64,000 nucleotides of DNA. Source: Bdellovibrionales bacterium. Lineage in GTDB: Bacteria; Bdellovibrionota; Bdellovibrionia; Bdellovibrionales; UBA1609. Below the pieces are notes generated by a model. That model made no database searches and was not told the origin of the DNA. It saw only the letters and a program-made list of their open reading frames with translations. How positions within the stretch are numbered: the first letter of the stretch is position 1; each line of letters begins with the position of its first letter. Positions 47,174 to 57,723 of this stretch are shown in pieces. The stretch lies in NCBI GenBank assembly GCA_965261545.1, contig CBDHDF010000011.1, positions 976,235 through 1,040,234 on the forward strand, read 5' to 3'. Both the position numbers and the translations under genes were made by a program.

Positions 47174-49727
47174 CAATGGCATTCGTTTTTGCAGAAGATT
47201 TTTCCACATTTTTCTGACTCCCTCTAACATACTGAGTTAAGGGGGCTTTTATCTTTTTTCTTTTTCCGAAAAAAAATACTTGAGTCCACCCCATCGTTGT
47301 GTCACATTATATTTGAACCATTCCCAAAGGGGAGAGACTCAAATGGACCCACGCATAGAGACATTGCCTTCAACAACTTTTTTTGGAAGACGCTTGACGC
47401 GCAAGCAAATTGCCGACATTCAAAAGACGGTGGCGCTATTTCCTTCTTTAAGTCGCCGTGAACTGGGTTATACAGTTTGTGAGCATCTTGGTTGGCTAAC
47501 TCCCAAAGGTGATCATCGCATCCAATCGTGCCTTCGTATGCTTGAGACGCTAGAGGAACTTGACATTCTATCCCTGCCAGAAAAAGACATGTCAAAGCGG
47601 AGTGTCCCCTCCAAAAAAATCACTTGGACACACCGAACAGATGAAAAGCCTCTCATCAACGATAAACTAGACTCATTGACCCCACTTTCTTTGCAAATCG
47701 TAACTGATCAAGAGGCCATTAAGGAATGGAATGAAGTTGTCGATCGGCATCATTATCTCAATTACAGACGTCCCTTTGGTCCCCACTTACGTTATTTCAT
47801 CTTAGATAATTGTGGGCGAAGATTGGGTTGTCTTTTATTTGAAGCTGGCACATCCACGTTGCCTTGCCGTGATGAATGGATCGGTTGGCAAAATCGAGCT
47901 TACAAAAAGCACTTGAATTTAGTGGTGAACAATAGTCGATTTTTGATCTTTCCCTGGGTAAAGGTTCGCCATCTTGCTTCGATGGCTTTATCTATGGCAA
48001 CTCGCCAACTTCCCACAGACTGGGAGTTAAAACATGCTTTCAAACCTGTACTCATGGAGACTTTTGTCGACCTTACCAAATTTAATGCCACGAGCTATCG
48101 TGCTGCCAACTGGCTTTATTTGGGCAAAACAAATGGGAGTCGTGCCTACAAAAATGTAAAGGGAAAAACTCAAAAAGGTGTTTATGTTCAACCTCTGACA
48201 AAGAATTATCAGTCTATCTTATTGAATGGCCCCCAATGCGCTATCAAGAAACCCGTCGGGAAACCCACCATCAAGCCACATAAGAACTTGGCTGAGCCTA
48301 TGCTAGAGGACTCTTTTGTGCATCTTTGGCAAAACATCATCAAGACAGTGGTTATCATTGCAGATGAGTACGACCGAACCTGGCAAAAGCGTCAACGTGT
48401 CTTGAATACATTGTTGATTATACTTTTCATCTTCCGACTTGTTTTCTCTAAAGGAAAACAAGGTTATGATACAACTTTGATTGAACTTTGGGAGCAGTGT
48501 CGCATATTAGACATTGAACTCCCTCAACCTAAACCAGTTCGGGCATCCACTATGTGTAGTGCACGGGCTAAAGTAGATGAAAATATATTTAAAGTTTTGC
48601 ATGATGAAATTCTTAAACAAGACGGTATATCCAATTCTAGTACCTTATGGAAGGGCCATAAGGTTTTCGCAGTGGATGGATCGAAAATAAATTTACCACG
48701 TCAACTCGTAGATAATGGGTATCAGCAACCATGGGAAAAAGCATGGTACCCTCAAGGTCTTGTCAGTTGCCTGTACCAACTACAGTCGAAGATTCCTGTG
48801 GATTTTGATCTCTTTGCCCATAACAATGAGAGAAAGGCTGCACAAACTCATTTCAAAAAATTGTTTGAAAACGATGTTGTGGTTTATGATCGTGGCTATT
48901 ATTCCTACGAAATGCTTCATGAGCATAAGGTGCGAAGTCTGCATGCGGTGTTTAGGATAAGGAGAAATGCCAACACTGTTTTTGATGAATTTATTAATAA
49001 TGATCAAAAAGACTCAGTGATCCAAGTCATTCCTAGCAAGCAAATTCTGAAAGAACTACATAAAAAAAAGCCACAAGACGACTTCAAAGCCTACGCTTTG
49101 CGTTTGGTCAAATATAAAATTGGACAAACTACTTTTGTTCTAGGAACAACCTTAATGGATCAAAAAAAATATTCCATTGATGATCTGGCCAATCTCTATC
49201 ATGGACGCTGGAGTATAGAGGAACTGTACAAAATATCCAAAGAACTGATGACCATTGAAGAGTTTCATTCTCAAAGTGAAAGGGGAGTCAAACAAGAATT
49301 GTTTGCACACTTCACACTTATCACTCTGACAAGATTATTTTCCAACTACACGGAAGACCGTCTTAATACATCTCAATCCCATAGTAAAAAACAAACCATG
49401 CAGACAAACTTTAAAAACAATTTACTGACAATTGCAAGAAATATTGAAGGTCTTTTTCTTCAACAAAAGGTAGTGCTTAGTAAAACCCTCAATTGCATCA
49501 TTACAAATATGAAGACCTGCCGACAAAGGCTACGTCCGAATAGGCATTACGACCGAGTTTCTAGAAAACCCATCGGAGTATGGAGACCCAGTAAAGAGGT
49601 TAGGGGGGCTATGGCCAACGGATAATCACATGGATCAAAGAAAAAAACTTGGGGTTAGCCCACCCCCGAGGAGTTAGAGGTTCAAATCCTTAACCGAATG
49701 GGATCTCTCACTAAACGAATGCCATTG
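47174..49727 (+). mobile_element. IS4-family element encoding a DUF4338-DDE fusion transposase (2554 bp)
   Basis: 15 bp perfect IRs caatggcattcgttt / aaacgaatgccattg. 10 bp TSD cctctcagcc at 47164-47173 and 49728-49737. Confidence 0.85.
47343..49625 (+). CDS. Fusion transposase: N-terminal DUF4338-like domain + C-terminal IS4-type DDE domain
   Basis: The likely start is the ATG at 47343 (RBS ggggagag). The N-terminal half has HHYLNY, NNSRFLIFPWVKVRHLAS, LMETFVD and ATSYRAANWLYLGKTNG. The C-terminal half has AVDGSKINLP, VYDRGYYSYEM and LYHGRWSIEELYKISK. Confidence 0.75.
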   Translation: MDPRIETLPSTTFFGRRLTRKQIADIQKTVALFPSLSRRELGYTVCEHLGWLTPKGDHRIQSCLRMLETLEELDILSLPEKDMSKRSVPSKKITWTHRTDEKPLINDKLDSLTPLSLQIVTDQEAIKEWNEVVDRHHYLNYRRPFGPHLRYFILDNCGRRLGCLLFEAGTSTLPCRDEWIGWQNRAYKKHLNLVVNNSRFLIFPWVKVRHLASMALSMATRQLPTDWELKHAFKPVLMETFVDLTKFNATSYRAANWLYLGKTNGSRAYKNVKGKTQKGVYVQPLTKNYQSILLNGPQCAIKKPVGKPTIKPHKNLAEPMLEDSFVHLWQNIIKTVVIIADEYDRTWQKRQRVLNTLLIILFIFRLVFSKGKQGYDTTLIELWEQCRILDIELPQPKPVRASTMCSARAKVDENIFKVLHDEILKQDGISNSSTLWKGHKVFAVDGSKINLPRQLVDNGYQQPWEKAWYPQGLVSCLYQLQSKIPVDFDLFAHNNERKAAQTHFKKLFENDVVVYDRGYYSYEMLHEHKVRSLHAVFRIRRNANTVFDEFINNDQKDSVIQVIPSKQILKELHKKKPQDDFKAYALRLVKYKIGQTTFVLGTTLMDQKKYSIDDLANLYHGRWSIEELYKISKELMTIEEFHSQSERGVKQELFAHFTLITLTRLFSNYTEDRLNTSQSHSKKQTMQTNFKNNLLTIARNIEGLFLQQKVVLSKTLNCIITNMKTCRQRLRPNRHYDRVSRKPIGVWRPSKEVRGAMANG

Positions 49728-49796
49728 CCTCTCAGCCCGGAGGGGAGGGCAAACCAGGCCATTGTGGAAAAACCTCGTGTAGCCGGCACAGATTTC

Positions 49797-51685
49797 GGGA
49801 CTGTAAAAATAATTGTGTAACTGCAATTTTTTTCTTAAATCTTAAAGCCACTTATGTGGCTCCACTCCTGGTAAAAAGCACAGTCCCATATTATTCGTCA
49901 ATGTATAATTGACATTTTTTCCTTCAAGCGATTTTGTCAGTCACAATGCATTATAAGTTAATGGGGAGGTGGACATCTTCGCTGGTCTATATAATTGGCC
50001 TCTTTAGTTACTCTGGACTTTTGATTGTATTATGGAGCCGTAATGGGATCATATCAGAACTGGAAAGAACTCAAATAAATAATTATCATCTTGGTTGAAA
50101 AAAAATCAGCAATGGCTCTCTCAAAAAAATGGAAATTCCAATCTCATCAAAGGGTTCATGTGTTTAGGTTCCCATACTATATTACCCCCTTTTTTTTATT
50201 TTTTTTAACTTAGGATATTCGAGAAATACCAGAATTGGGATGAAATATGAAAAAAAATGGGAACCCAAATCTGCACCAAGAGGGCATGTATTTAGGTTCC
50301 CATACTATATTACCCTAACCATAGTCTCGGTATTCCAGTACTTCTGTCAACGCCTTAGAGGGGCTTTTAAGCCCCCTTATAAGGCAGGTGGTGGACCTTA
50401 TTAAAAAACTTAGTTGTCAAAACGGTCACCGTATTCAATGGCAAACCTGTTCATGGCTGGCTTCCAGTTGTGTAATGGTCGTGTCCATCGCTTAGAGGCC
50501 ATTTTTATCGCTAAATATACAACTTTTAAAGCCGACCGATCACTGGGAAATATCTTACGATTTCTGATCGCCTTGCGGATCACGCTATTTAACGACTCTA
50601 TGGCGTTTGTGGTATAAAAAATCTTTCTGATTTCATCCGGATAATCGAAAATAGTGATGAGATTGTCCCAATTCCTACGCCAAGACTTTTCAATATTCGG
50701 ATACTTTGAAGACCACTTGGTACAAAATTCCTCAAGGGCCTTTTCAGCTTCTGTCAGAGTCGTAGAGCCATAAATGGACTTGAGGTCTTGGGCGACAGCT
50801 TTCATATCCTTGGAAGGAACATAGCGAAGGGAATTGCGGACCATATGGACAATGCACAGTTGTACTTTAGACTTGGGAAAAGCCGCTGAAATGGCTTGAG
50901 GAAAACCTGTAAGACCATCTACAGAAAATATAAATACGTCTTTCAACCCTCGATTTTGCAGCTCAGTCAAAACACTCAACCAAAACTTTGAACCCTCATT
51001 TTCAGAAATCCATAGGCCCAACAAGTCTTTCTGACCCTCCTCTGTAATACCAAGAGCTAGGTAAATCGCCTTATTAATAACTCTCTTGTCTTGATGGACC
51101 TTCACCACGATACAGTCCAAAAATACGATAGGGTAAGTGCTATCCAAGGGGCGGTTCTGCCAAGCCGTAACTTCATCAATAACAGCATCCGTCACGTTGG
51201 CTATCACTGAGTGGGATATCTCTGCACCATGGTAGAGGTCTTTGATAGCTCCTTGAATATCCCTGGTCGTCATTCCCCTCGCATAGAGGGTCAGAATACT
51301 GTCTTCAAAGCCCTCAAGACGAGTCTTGCCTTTGGGAATGACTTGGGGCTCAAAGGAGGCACTTCGGTCACGGGGGACCTGAAGCTCCACCTCGCCTTTC
51401 TCTCCCTTTATGGTCTTTCTACTGTAACCATTGCGAGTGTTGGATTTGCGGGTCTCAGACTTCTCATGCCTCTCATAACCTAGGTGATCGTCCATTTCCG
51501 CATTAAGAGCTGTCTCTAAAACAACCTTCATCAGTTGACCCGTTATGTCGGATAAATCCTTTTGGGTCTTGACGTTCTTCGCTAGTTCCTTGCCTATTGT
51601 CTTGATATCCATTTTGCCTTCTCCTTTCAGGATGATAGTTCATCCTAATATGATTCGGCAGTTACACAAAATAGTTTACAGGCTC
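49797..51685 (-). mobile_element. IS256-family element, copy C
   Basis: 8 bp TSD cagatttc at 49789-49796 and 51686-51693. Confidence 0.9.
50410..51612 (-). CDS. IS256-family transposase (copy C)
   Basis: 400 aa, identical protein. Confidence 0.95.
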   Translation of the reverse strand: MDIKTIGKELAKNVKTQKDLSDITGQLMKVVLETALNAEMDDHLGYERHEKSETRKSNTRNGYSRKTIKGEKGEVELQVPRDRSASFEPQVIPKGKTRLEGFEDSILTLYARGMTTRDIQGAIKDLYHGAEISHSVIANVTDAVIDEVTAWQNRPLDSTYPIVFLDCIVVKVHQDKRVINKAIYLALGITEEGQKDLLGLWISENEGSKFWLSVLTELQNRGLKDVFIFSVDGLTGFPQAISAAFPKSKVQLCIVHMVRNSLRYVPSKDMKAVAQDLKSIYGSTTLTEAEKALEEFCTKWSSKYPNIEKSWRRNWDNLITIFDYPDEIRKIFYTTNAIESLNSVIRKAIRNRKIFPSDRSALKVVYLAIKMASKRWTRPLHNWKPAMNRFAIEYGDRFDN

Positions 51686-51699
51686 CAGATTTCATCGTA

Positions 51700-52481
51700 A
51701 TGCGTTGATTCGTATAGATTCCCACTTTTTTGATTTGAAAATGGGGTCCACTATAAACTATTTTTTTGTTATAAGCTATATGTCTGACAAATAATTATGA
51801 AGCTCATCAATACAAATGAATTTGATTGGCTCTTGTAATGGTGGAGAAAAGGTATAATAGTATGGCTCTTTAGTACAAAAAATTGACATTATATTTGCAT
51901 TATCATTAATCGACCACTGCATGGTACTTGCAACTTTCCCTAGGTTTTTTTCAAAAATGTATCTCTTCTTAGAACTTTTCCAATATAACTATTTTTGATA
52001 TTGTCTTTACCAAAAATCTCTTCTTTTAGATCTCTGAGATCCTTTATTGAAAATACTTGTTGAAGGTGCTTGCATTCAATACTAATTACAACATTCTTAT
52101 TTAAAATATAACCAAGGACATCAAAATCGCCTAAGTTTTGAGGATATTTATGATATTTATCTTTCTTATGAAGGAGTACATTTCCTTCACACAGATTAGT
52201 AAATCGCTCAAGAATTTCTTTAGCTTTTTTTCAAGTTCTTTTTCAATTTTTCTTTTTTCTTTTAATAAACAATCTTTAATAGATATTTCCTCAAGATCAA
52301 CAGGAAGCATATTATCATTAATATTACCTGCCCAAAGCCTTCCTGATTTTAATGCTGCATATGGACCCCAAAAGATATTTTTTTCAATCTCTAGCAAGTG
52401 ATTCCAGCCCTTGACTCTCTTGTTCCGAAAGATTCTAAAGATAATGTGGTCGGCTTTCCTTGGCACAAAACCAAGGCTCAC
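51700..52481 (-). pseudogene. Multiply frameshifted gene with a PD-(D/E)XK-like motif (hypothetical nuclease remnant)
   Basis: The 116 aa ORF (52131-52481) continues in two other frames: GDFDVLGYILNKNVVISIECKHLQQ... (a D-x13-E-x-K pattern), then ...MQWSINDNANIMSIFCTKEPYYY... Confidence 0.35.
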
Positions 52482-53267
52482 ACATAAAACGGAGTTTGGA
52501 TAAACTCATGTTACTTGTTCTAAAGGTTGATGAGACCCTAATGTGACTATGAAATATCGTAACATTCATAGTAAGTCATTGGAATCCCCCGAAAAAATGA
52601 CTACAATTGAGCAGCCTTTTGAGGAAATGAAAATTAAATTGGGTGACAATGAATTATTGCTGGCCCACCATAAAGCTGAAATTGGCCTTAAAAAAACAAA
52701 GGTACTCCAAATAAAATGGTAATGTCCAAAGGGCTGCAATGCTACGCAATGCGTCTATAATATATTTTTCCAACTTAATCAAGTCTTGGCCAACTGGAAT
52801 AGCTCAGAAAAGCCTCTTTAGAAAAAGCCTCCCCCCCCACCAATCTCTTCTCTCTTTACCTTATTTTTGTCACGGTCACCTCCTCAAATGGACAATAAAG
52901 TTCGCTTAAAACAGTATCCACCAAATTGAGGAAAATGAAGATCAGAATTTGACGACCAAGTACTTCTCCTAGACTCCAAAATTTCAATTGCGAAAAAAGA
53001 GGTGGTTGTAGCCTAGGTCTCTACACATCAAAACTAGACATCAAATCATGGGGTGGTAAGATGACCTTTGGGAGCAGACATTATAGAGCTTAGATTTGTG
53101 TTGTAATTTAAGGCTTAGGGACATGAGTAAACCCAGCAATCTCTGTTACTAGGGGGCAATTACCACATGAGATCAACACATAAACAAGGTTCACTTAAAA
53201 AAGTTTCCATTTTTTGAGGGAAGTGTAATCCGAAAAATATTCTTTGTTCTTAGAAGGGGATTAAACT

Positions 53268-54617
53268 ATGAATGATATCACCAAGTTCATCGTCCAGGAT
53301 GTTCGCTGCTTTGAAGGCCGGCAGGATTTCGATATACGCCCTATTACCTTTTTAGTTGGTGAAAATAGTACCGGAAAGTCCACCGTTCTCGGCTGCTTTC
53401 AAATATTAGCTAATGCTATAAACGAATCATTATTTCACAATAAAAAAGAATTAATAGACTTTAATTTAAATTTCAATGTTGAACCCTACCAAATGGGTGT
53501 CTTCACCGATATTATTAAAAAATCAGATCCTCAAAAAATATCCTTTCAAATGGGTTTTGGGTTTCAGAACGAAGAGAACGAACTTTTTGAGTTTATTCTC
53601 ACCATGACAGAAAGAGAAGGGGGATATGAACCCATGATTCATAAACAAACATTTGTGTTTAACGATGTGATTTATGATCTGTATCCATCTCAAATTTTCC
53701 GTCAAAAAATAAGAGATGGTAATCGCCTAGATAAGGATATTAGCATTAAATCCACTGACGAAGGAGAAAAAAAGAAATTTATTATTAAATACTCTAGTAC
53801 TCTCACTCTCCTCGACTTATTCTTTAGCGTAAGACTCAAAGAGAAAGAGATATCCATCGTAGAACAAGAATTGCGTGATAGTCTTAAAGATAAAGAAGAT
53901 CGTACTCCTTCCCTGTTCTATTCTATGAATGAAGCAGTTGAAGCAGTTTCCAGTTTCGCACCTATTCGTTCGGAGCCACAACGCACCTATAACCCTTTGA
54001 GCCAGATAAATAGCCCTGATGGTCGCAATATACCCATGCAATTGATGAATATGTCGAAGACAGAAGAAAAAAAATGGAAAGAAATCAAAAAACAATTGTT
54101 AGATTTTGGAAAGAAGTCAGGCTTATTTACAGATATCGGTGTTAAAACATTTGGAAAGTCTAAAGGAGATCCGTTTCAGTTGCAAGTAAAAGCAAACGGT
54201 CCAAAGACCAATTTGATAGACGTAGGGTATGGAGTAAATCAGATTCTTCCCATTTTAGTAAGTATTCTGAGTGAACAGGTAGGATCAATTTTTCTAATGC
54301 AACAACCAGAAGTCCACCTGCATCCCAAGGGGCAGTCCGAGCTATCTTCTTTATTGGTTCAATCTTTTAAGAAAAAAAAGCAGCAATTTGTTGTTGAAAC
54401 CCACAGCGATTACATGATAGATCGTGTGCGCATTGAAATCATGAATGGTAACATAAAACCAGAGGATGTTTCGCTCATTTATATGGAGCCCATGGGTACA
54501 AAAGTAGATGTACATAATATTCGTTTTGATAATCAAGCCAATCTTTTGGATGCACCAAAAGGCTATAGAAACTTCTTTCTTAAAGAATCTAATCAATTAT
54601 TAGGTTTTGAAGGCTAG
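53268..54617 (+). CDS. ABC/AAA-type ATPase of the AAA_15/AAA_21 + DUF3696-like kind
   Basis: N-terminal RCFEG...ITFLVGENSTGKST (Walker A), VGYGVNQILPILV (signature-like), LMQQPEVHLHP (Walker B) and VETHSDYMIDR (H-loop). RBS agaagggga. Confidence 0.75.
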   Translation: MNDITKFIVQDVRCFEGRQDFDIRPITFLVGENSTGKSTVLGCFQILANAINESLFHNKKELIDFNLNFNVEPYQMGVFTDIIKKSDPQKISFQMGFGFQNEENELFEFILTMTEREGGYEPMIHKQTFVFNDVIYDLYPSQIFRQKIRDGNRLDKDISIKSTDEGEKKKFIIKYSSTLTLLDLFFSVRLKEKEISIVEQELRDSLKDKEDRTPSLFYSMNEAVEAVSSFAPIRSEPQRTYNPLSQINSPDGRNIPMQLMNMSKTEEKKWKEIKKQLLDFGKKSGLFTDIGVKTFGKSKGDPFQLQVKANGPKTNLIDVGYGVNQILPILVSILSEQVGSIFLMQQPEVHLHPKGQSELSSLLVQSFKKKKQQFVVETHSDYMIDRVRIEIMNGNIKPEDVSLIYMEPMGTKVDVHNIRFDNQANLLDAPKGYRNFFLKESNQLLGFEG

Positions 54618-54621
54618 TGTC

Positions 54622-55062
54622 ATGTGTATTATTTTGGACACTAATAAATACAGTGACTTTCTTGATCTTAACAATAAAGATATGGAAGCTATAAGACATT
54701 GGATAGAAAAGAAGAAAGGGAAAATCGCCTGGTCTCCCACAGAGAAACTCAAGCAAGAGTTAGAAACACATGGAAAAATGAAGAAACAATTCAAAGTGTA
54801 TCGTCAAGCAGGGCTTATAAAAAATATTGATAATAGAAAAGTCAACGATGAAAAGAAAAAATTATTAAATCAAAAAGATTCGGAAGCTCTGAAATCTGAT
54901 GATCCAGATATCATAGCACTCGCTATCACTGCTCAGGTTAAAGTATTAGTTTCAGAAGATCGCAACCTATGTGACGATTTTAAAAAAATCATTCCAGGAG
55001 GAAAAATTTACACACGCAAAAGAGATAATCAGCACCTCCTTCAGCCTGACATGTGTCCATAA
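54622..55062 (+). CDS. PIN-like domain protein (putative nuclease partner)
   Basis: The ATG at 54622 lies 4 nt after the ATPase stop. CIILDTNKY (first acidic strand), then SDDPDIIALAITAQVKVLVSEDRNLCDDF (the D-x4-A-x-A...LV-S/T-x-D-x-x-F pattern of PIN domains). Confidence 0.55.
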   Translation: MCIILDTNKYSDFLDLNNKDMEAIRHWIEKKKGKIAWSPTEKLKQELETHGKMKKQFKVYRQAGLIKNIDNRKVNDEKKKLLNQKDSEALKSDDPDIIALAITAQVKVLVSEDRNLCDDFKKIIPGGKIYTRKRDNQHLLQPDMCP

Positions 55063-55834
55063 ATGTACAGTAGTGTATAAATTGATGATGTATTGAGCCT
55101 GTAAACTATTTTGTGTAACTGCCGAATCATATTAGGATGAACTATCATCCTGAAAGGAGAAGGCAGAATGGATATCAAGACAATAGGCAAGGAACTAGCG
55201 AAGAGCGTCAAGACCCAAAAGGATTTATCCGACATAACGGGTCAACTGATGAAGGTTGTTTTAGAGACAGCTCTTAATGCGGAAATGGACGATCACCTAG
55301 GTTATGAGAGGCATGAGAAGTCTGAGACCCGCAAATCCAACACTCGCAATGGTTACAGTAGAAAGACTATAAAGGGAGAGAAAGGCGAGGTGGAGCTTCA
55401 GGTCCCCCGTGACCGAAGTGCCTCCTTTGAGCCCCAAGTCATTCCCAAAGGCAAGACTCGTCTTGAGGGCTTTGAAGACAGTATTCTGACCCTCTATGCG
55501 AGGGGAATGACGACCAGGGATATTCAAGGAGCTATCAAAGACCTCTACCATGGTGCAGAGATATCCCACTCAGTGATAGCCAACGTGACGGATGCTGTTA
55601 TTGATGAAGTTACGGCTTGGCAGAACCGCCCCTTGGATAGCACTTACCCTATCGTATTTTTGGACTGTATCGTGGTGAAGGTCCATCAAGACAAGAGAGT
55701 TATTAATAAGGCGATTTACCTAGCTCTTGGTATTACAGAGGAGGGTCAGAAAGACTTGTTGGGCCTATGGATTTCTGAAAATGAGGGTTCAAAGTTTTGG
55801 TTGAGTGTTTTGACTGAGCTGCAAAATCGAGGGT

Positions 55835-57723
55835 GAGCCTGTAAACTATTTTGTGTAACTGCCGAATCATATTAGGATGAACTATCATCCTGAAAGGAGA
55901 AGGCAAAATGGATATCAAGACAATAGGCAAGGAACTAGCGAAGAACGTCAAGACCCAAAAGGATTTATCCGACATAACGGGTCAACTGATGAAGGTTGTT
56001 TTAGAGACAGCTCTTAATGCGGAAATGGACGATCACCTAGGTTATGAGAGGCATGAGAAGTCTGAGACCCGCAAATCCAACACTCGCAATGGTTACAGTA
56101 GAAAGACCATAAAGGGAGAGAAAGGCGAGGTGGAGCTTCAGGTCCCCCGTGACCGAAGTGCCTCCTTTGAGCCCCAAGTCATTCCCAAAGGCAAGACTCG
56201 TCTTGAGGGCTTTGAAGACAGTATTCTGACCCTCTATGCGAGGGGAATGACGACCAGGGATATTCAAGGAGCTATCAAAGACCTCTACCATGGTGCAGAG
56301 ATATCCCACTCAGTGATAGCCAACGTGACGGATGCTGTTATTGATGAAGTTACGGCTTGGCAGAACCGCCCCTTGGATAGCACTTACCCTATCGTATTTT
56401 TGGACTGTATCGTGGTGAAGGTCCATCAAGACAAGAGAGTTATTAATAAGGCGATTTACCTAGCTCTTGGTATTACAGAGGAGGGTCAGAAAGACTTGTT
56501 GGGCCTATGGATTTCTGAAAATGAGGGTTCAAAGTTTTGGTTGAGTGTTTTGACTGAGCTGCAAAATCGAGGGTTGAAAGACGTATTTATATTTTCTGTA
56601 GATGGTCTTACAGGTTTTCCTCAAGCCATTTCAGCGGCTTTTCCCAAGTCTAAAGTACAACTGTGCATTGTCCATATGGTCCGCAATTCCCTTCGCTATG
56701 TTCCTTCCAAGGATATGAAAGCTGTCGCCCAAGACCTCAAGTCCATTTATGGCTCTACGACTCTGACAGAAGCTGAAAAGGCCCTTGAGGAATTTTGTAC
56801 CAAGTGGTCTTCAAAGTATCCGAATATTGAAAAGTCTTGGCGTAGGAATTGGGACAATCTCATCACTATTTTCGATTATCCGGATGAAATCAGAAAGATT
56901 TTTTATACCACAAACGCCATAGAGTCGTTAAATAGCGTGATCCGCAAGGCGATCAGAAATCGTAAGATATTTCCCAGTGATCGGTCGGCTTTAAAAGTTG
57001 TATATTTAGCGATAAAAATGGCCTCTAAGCGATGGACACGACCATTACACAACTGGAAGCCAGCCATGAACAGGTTTGCCATTGAATACGGTGACCGTTT
57101 TGACAACTAAGTTTTTTAATAAGGTCCACCACCTGCCTTATAAGGGGGCTTAAAAGCCCCTCTAAGGCGTTGACAGAAGTACTGGAATACCGAGACTATG
57201 GTTAGGGTAATATAGTATGGGAACCTAAATACATGCCCTCTTGGTGCAGATTTGGGTTCCCATTTTTTTTCATATTTCATCCCAATTCTGGTATTTCTCG
57301 AATATCCTAAGTTAAAAAAAATAAAAAAAAGGGGGTAATATAGTATGGGAACCTAAACACATGAACCCTTTGATGAGATTGGAATTTCCATTTTTTTGAG
57401 AGAGCCATTGCTGATTTTTTTTCAACCAAGATGATAATTATTTATTTGAGTTCTTTCCAGTTCTGATATGATCCCATTACGGCTCCATAATACAATCAAA
57501 AGTCCAGAGTAACTAAAGAGGCCAATTATATAGACCAGCGAAGATGTCCACCTCCCCATTAACTTATAATGCATTGTGACTGACAAAATCGCTTGAAGGA
57601 AAAAATGTCAATTATACATTGACGAATAATATGGGACTGTGCTTTTTACCAGGAGTGGAGCCACATAAGTGGCTTTAAGATTTAAGAAAAAAATTGCAGT
57701 TACACAATTATTTTTACAGTCCC
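55835..57723 (+). mobile_element. IS256-family element, copy D2, inserted into D1
   Basis: 8 bp TSD tcgagggt at 55827-55834 and 57724-57731. Confidence 0.9.
55908..57110 (+). CDS. IS256-family transposase (copy D2)
   Basis: 400 aa intact. Confidence 0.95.
   Translation: MDIKTIGKELAKNVKTQKDLSDITGQLMKVVLETALNAEMDDHLGYERHEKSETRKSNTRNGYSRKTIKGEKGEVELQVPRDRSASFEPQVIPKGKTRLEGFEDSILTLYARGMTTRDIQGAIKDLYHGAEISHSVIANVTDAVIDEVTAWQNRPLDSTYPIVFLDCIVVKVHQDKRVINKAIYLALGITEEGQKDLLGLWISENEGSKFWLSVLTELQNRGLKDVFIFSVDGLTGFPQAISAAFPKSKVQLCIVHMVRNSLRYVPSKDMKAVAQDLKSIYGSTTLTEAEKALEEFCTKWSSKYPNIEKSWRRNWDNLITIFDYPDEIRKIFYTTNAIESLNSVIRKAIRNRKIFPSDRSALKVVYLAIKMASKRWTRPLHNWKPAMNRFAIEYGDRFDN

Noticed and set aside
49660-49700. 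tRNA-like GGTTCAAATCC motif
   Set aside because: The flanking bases do not form a T stem, acceptor or anticodon arm. It lies inside the right end of the DUF4338-IS4 element.
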